Assembly (NCBI RefSeq): GCF_041956535.1
Contig: NW_027192199.1
Coordinates: forward strand, 675,741 to 739,740
DNA: 64,000 nt
Direction: 5' to 3'
DNA from: Calcarisporiella thermophila CBS 279.70
Lineage: Eukaryota > Fungi > Calcarisporiellomycota
The notes beneath the pieces are model-generated. The model ran no database searches. It saw only the letters and a program-made list of their open reading frames with translations, and was not told the DNA's origin. The position numbers and the translations under genes are program-made. Shown piece after piece: positions 59,214 through 64,000 of the stretch (positions are counted from its first letter, which is position 1; each line of letters opens with the position of its first letter).

Positions 59214-60297
59214 ATGTCGAACCAAACATTCTTTTTGTCCACCGATGCTCAGGACAGCGTGCAAGCGACCCTTTCACTTCCTAATGGCGTTCCGTTCCCT
59301 GAATGGTACACTTTCTTTATGGATTACCGCACCCCAACCATCATAGCTGCACTCTATGCCACCGTGGTCCATTTTATCAATTCGCGCCTTCCTCCGCGGC
59401 AGACTGCCGCTAGACAGCCCTCCTCTCGCCCCTTCAAAGCCTTCGTTTTCGCTCACAACCTAGCCTTGTGCATATTCTCAATTATTGTTTGTCGAGGGAT
59501 TAAACGGGGCCTTCAGGAGAGCTGGAGCCACTACGAGGGCCGCGTGCACGACTGGGTAGGATATGGATGCCGTAGCTCTTTTTTTTTTTTTCCTTTGTTT
59601 CTCTGCTCTTTCTCTATCTTACTGCTTTTCGTAACTGTTTGCCGCGGCGCTTATCTTACCTCCTCGATTTCCCCCATTTCTCTTAGTATTGTGACACGGA
59701 CAAATTCCTGTTTGAGCGGGCCTACAATTCCCTGGGCTATTGGGGATACCTGTTCTATCTTTCCAAATTCTACGAGATTATCGACACCGTGATTATCCTG
59801 CTCAAGGGCCGGCGCTCGTCAACTCTCCAAACGTACCATCACACCGGCGCAATCCTGTGCATGTGGGCAGCAATGAATTATATGGCCATTTCCGTGTGGG
59901 GCTTTGTTCGTGAGTCTTGACCTCTCCTTCCCACCCTTGACCTCACCCGACTAACTCCCCATGCTGCCTCTTCTCTTTCCCCTTCCCATCCTCTCCTCTC
60001 GCACTCACACCCCATCCAGAAATCAATAGCTTCATCCACAGCGTCATGTACTTCTACTTTGCTCTCACGTCCATCGGCCTCTATCCCCCCGGAAAGAAGT
60101 ACATCACCACCATGCAGATCACCCAGTTCCTTGTTGGCATTGGAATCGCCCTCAGCTCTGTGCTCATTCCCAAATGCGTGACCGCCCCAGGCTCGCGCTT
60201 TGCAGTGTGGCTGAACATCGCTTATCTCATTCCACTGACCTATCTATTCTTCGACTTTGCAATAAGAAGCTACGGCCGAAAGGCGAAGAGGCAATGA
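59214..60297 (+). CDS. GNS1/SUR4 fatty-acid elongase, 3 exons
   Basis: HNLAL..GYWGYLFYLSKFYEIIDT..LQTYHH..NSFIHSVMYFYF..KKYITTMQITQF. Confidence 0.93.
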
Positions 60298-61120
60298 GAG
60301 CGGGCAGCGAGCAGGGTTGTGCCACGGAGCGGGGAGACAACGACAATCTTCCACCCACGGAAACAGGTCGAATGTTTTCCATTCCTCCTACTCCATTCTA
60401 TTGTTTATTCTTGTTTTATTAATATAAATATTCACACTCTACTCTTCATTTTATCCTCTCCTAAACCAAACTCGCTTTAACCTGATATAGAGGAGAAAAC
60501 ATCTTCACCGAAAGGGGATTCAGGATTTCCCAGAATCTCAAAGGTGAATGGTCCATTGGGTACTAGTGATTGATAAAGAGCTCGGCTTGAATTGGAAAAG
60601 TTAAGGGCCCTCGAAGTTAGCGTTGGCTCACTGTAGACGAGGCGATTGGGGAAAAAAGTTGGATTTGGTTTTCCTTTCCACTTTAGTCTCTTCATCACAA
60701 AAGGTAAAACAATTTCAAGGAATAGTCTATTGATACAACTGGGTTCACAATGGATGAGTTGCAAAAAATAAGCATTATGGTATTAAATGAGAAATAAGAG
60801 CATGCCAAAAGAAAAAAAAAAGATATGTGGAAAATAAGGACCAAGAAGAGTAAAGTACTTTTAATTAGAAAAAAAAAAAGAGGTAACAAAACGAGTAAGA
60901 GGCAAAGCAATAGAAAAGCAAAAGATGCACAATGAATAGAAAAACTATAAGCACACAATAAACAAAACATTCGAAATCCAATGGTATCTAGAGTACCCTC
61001 CCATAACTTGGCGCAGACATAGTGAAATGCGGTGTAGGCCAGAGCACGTAAAAGGGCGTAGGATGACGAAGAAAGCATCGCCTATTATTAACAGCGACAG
61101 CAATGAATTGTTCGCTTCCA

Positions 61121-63149
61121 TTACCTTCGACTGCTACTGGAATTTCGAGAGGACGCATCGTTTGAACTGGCCTCATCCGGATTGGTGACATACAGCCGTT
61201 GCCGCGGGACGAAAAAGCTTTGCACCCCAACATCGTAGTCCCGGATGGTCATCTCCAGAGTGTCTTCTATGCTTGTGTTCTCATTCTCAAGCGTGTCGGG
61301 TTCTGGCGGAGCAACAGAAGGCGGAGGAGCCGGAGGGGACAAGGCGATTCGCTTCACCGGTCTCCTCGGAATGGCAAGCACCGGAGCTGCTAATCTTGGC
61401 GGTTGCGGCGGGACTGCCTGTGTCTGTGGAGGCGGTGTAACAAAAGACACGGTGCGTCGTGGTGGATCTATAGGGGGTTGGTAAATGTGAAAGGAGGACA
61501 TGGTATTGTACTGGTGGGCCTTTATATCGGTCATGGAAGGGGCAGTCCGCCATTTCCATCTACGACGGGCCCAGTAGCCCACGGCGCCGAGCGCAGCCAC
61601 GCCCGCGAGCGTACCAATGACAGAGCCGGCAATGGTGCCCACCGAGGGAGAGGGGAGGATCGAGGATGGCAAAGGAGAGGATTGGGAGGAGGACGAGGAG
61701 ATGGAAGAAGAAGAAGAAGGGGAGGATAGCGGTGAGGAGGGTGGGGAGGCGGGAGGATGACTCTGCAAATCCGGTTGATTTGGGTTGACAAGGAGATCGG
61801 GAACGTATTGTTGCGACCATGCCCAGGTCAAAGTGTCGAGAACATAGAGAGAATTATCGCCCTTTTCGCCCTCCATATACCCTGCCACAAACAACTTCAA
61901 TATGGCACGAAACCAAGATAAAAAGCAATATAGGCCAGAGATTTACCAAAAGCACAGAGCATTCGTGTCCCAGCAATGTTGCATGTGTGCGTGTACCTTC
62001 CCGGCGGTATGTTGCCCTGGGGAGTCGGAAAACTCCATCGCATCGGAAGCTTAGTGGTATCCAAGACGGCAATATCATTGTAGTACTCTGCGAATTTTTG
62101 GTCGGTGCCTCCAAAGACAATGATTTTTCCATCTGAGGCTAGTAGTCGAATAAGAAAGAATAGGTCAGCCAAATGTTTCTTCGCCATGATAGAAAGATGG
62201 ATAGACACTTACTCGCTACCGCAGTGTGATCTCTCCTTGGTTTTGGTGTTGCTCCCGAGGAGGTCTATGTGGTAAAAAGCAAGGTGAGCCGAATTTTTTG
62301 AGATCATTCCACTCCATCGACTGCGCTAAAGGCCCTACCATCAGAGTCCAGCTTCCGGTGTTGGTATCAAACACATATATCACCGACATATCCACCATGT
62401 GAGTACCATCGTATCCCCCTAGCACATACATCTTACCATCTTGCGTCAAGGTCGCCGTATGGTGACTGCGCGGGGTAGGTACATCTCCGTTTACCACCGC
62501 GGTTGACCACGAGCTGTCTACAGGTTGGAGAACAAGCACTTCATTGCCCGCCAGAGAGGTAGTATTCGTCCGGACCATTCCTCCAAAGATAAACACTCGC
62601 CCTTCGCGGGACACGGCAGTCTGCTCGAAATGGCGAGAAGGCTGGGGGGTAGTGGGGGTAGAGTGCGACCAGCGTTGAGTATCGAGGTCAAAAGAATAGA
62701 GCAAATCAGGGATATCCGAGGACCCGTCGATATCCCCCCCAAAGACGCAGAGGGACCGCGACAGGGCCACCATGCTATGAAAGGCTAGTTTCGGGCCAGT
62801 TGTGTCTGTGACATCTTCCCAAGGTGGATCGGATGTGGAAAATGGGGATTCCAGGTTAATGACGAGCAGGCTGTTGGTATTGTGTGTTTCATTATTCTCC
62901 ACGATCTTCCCCCCGAATATATATAATCTAGTTGAGGTTGAGCCAGAGGAAAGAGGATACGTTAGATATCAGCATGTCTTAATTATTGCTTTGCAAAAAA
63001 AAAGTATATAAAGGCGTCATTTACTTGTTGTCGCTTATGGCCGATGAATGCCCCCAACGACTTATGGGCATCAGAGCGACAATGAATGGCAAGCAGCTCC
63101 ACCACGATACTATCACCCCGAATGAGACAAATTTTGAACAGCAATGCAT
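61121..63149 (-). CDS. Kelch-repeat type I membrane protein (signal peptide, kelch propeller, S/P linker, TM)
   Basis: RWGHSSA..LYIFGG, VFGG, FIFGG, YVLGG and IVFGG repeats; TM IAGSVIGTLAGVAALGAVGYW followed by RRR. Confidence 0.85.
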
Positions 63150-63618
63150 GTTCAAACGCTCACAAACGAAAAACAGCTACCGATGCACAATGTCACGTTA
63201 GGAAGACAAATCAAAATGAAGATAGTGTCGTTGATATCAAAAGTAGGTCCATAGGGAAAAATTTCAATCATGCCTCGAATTGAAACGCACGGTTAATCTT
63301 TGAAGTTAGCACAAATTGGGAAAAAAATTCATATTGAAGGGTGACGTAACAGTCCTATTTATTATTTGACAGGGTTTATTAAGTGACAACAAAATATTTT
63401 GAAATTAGATATCAGCGAGAGAGGGAAAAAGGGATTTAAACAATCGGAAATGTCTACACAACGGCCAAAAGGCTGAGATGAGTCGGTCAGGGGAAGGTTA
63501 GAAAAGGTGAAAAAAATAAAGCGAAAAAAAAGTCTATCATCAAAAGAGGGTGGTATATATATATTGGTCGAGAGAGAGGTAGAGATGGTGAAATGAAAGA
63601 ATAGATAAACAAAAATGT

Positions 63619-64000
63619 CTAAGCAGACTCCTTGGATAGAGCATTATAGAAAGCGTCTGCAATCAAACTATGTACATAGGCTAATGGCAGAGTAAAGATC
63701 TAAGTAAACATACATCTCTTAGGGAAAAAGGGATAAAACGAGACTTACTTGTTGGATGAACATAGTCCCAGAATAAATATTTTTCTGGCTCTGCGCATTT
63801 ACCGAAATCGTTCACACACGCACTTGTCACATTGGTCAGCCCGAACTCCTGCGGAGAATAATGAAACTGCTCAAACAGCGAGTGAGCGTCAAACACTTGC
63901 ACATTAGCATCCGGGTGTTGCAGAACAAACTCCCGCATTGCCTGCTCAAGCAGTGAATTGTATCTAATGATGCATTCTCCAAATAGTTCCAATATAACCG
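63619..64000 (-). CDS. GDSL/SGNH lipase-esterase, 3' part (extends beyond window)
   Basis: YNSLL..FDAHSLF..FGLTNVTSAC..YLFWDYVHPT|TYVHSLIADAFYNAL (DxxHP catalytic block). Confidence 0.88.

Noticed and set aside
1-64000. CRISPR arrays, operons, prokaryotic defence systems or in-frame UGA selenoproteins
   Set aside because: The sequence is eukaryotic and intron-containing with no repeat-spacer arrays. The only functional-looking internal TGA is the antizyme frameshift site.

Overview
Intron-rich eukaryotic DNA with fungal-type splice signals (GTRAG donors, CTAAY-type branch points, short introns). The gene content (Chs5, Bem1/Scd2, Gcn4/CpcA, GH9, Mob4, 28-aa LRRs, TBC1D31-like) fits an early-diverging fungus; this placement is an inference. 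About 25 protein genes were assembled by eye: TBC1D31-like WD40/TBC, dolichol kinase, Mob4, Chs5, Sft2, GLTSCR1-domain protein, ODC antizyme (+1 frameshift), RPL23 (with microexons), two C2H2 factors, two tandem small secreted Cys-rich repeat genes, CapZ alpha, eIF4E, tricalbin, Gcn4-like bZIP, G3BP-like, Bem1-like, membrane-anchored GH9, a WD40 protein, MPDU1, a GCKIII kinase, an elongase, a kelch membrane protein and a partial GDSL lipase. There are also 3 tRNA genes and one assembly gap. The most notable region is an AT-rich 4.4-kb island between two divergent, identical tRNA-Asn genes. It holds a complete tRNA-derived SINE (16-bp TSD, encoded CCA, poly-A), L1/Tx1-like LINE 3' relics that share the SINE's 3' tail, and an LRR pseudogene. 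Together these suggest a tRNA-gene-associated SINE/LINE partnership. Other highlights are a tandem pair of Cys-rich secreted peptide genes (one with a Kex2-type site) and unexplained hairpin-rich intergenic segments. Exon boundaries were read manually and are approximate where stated.
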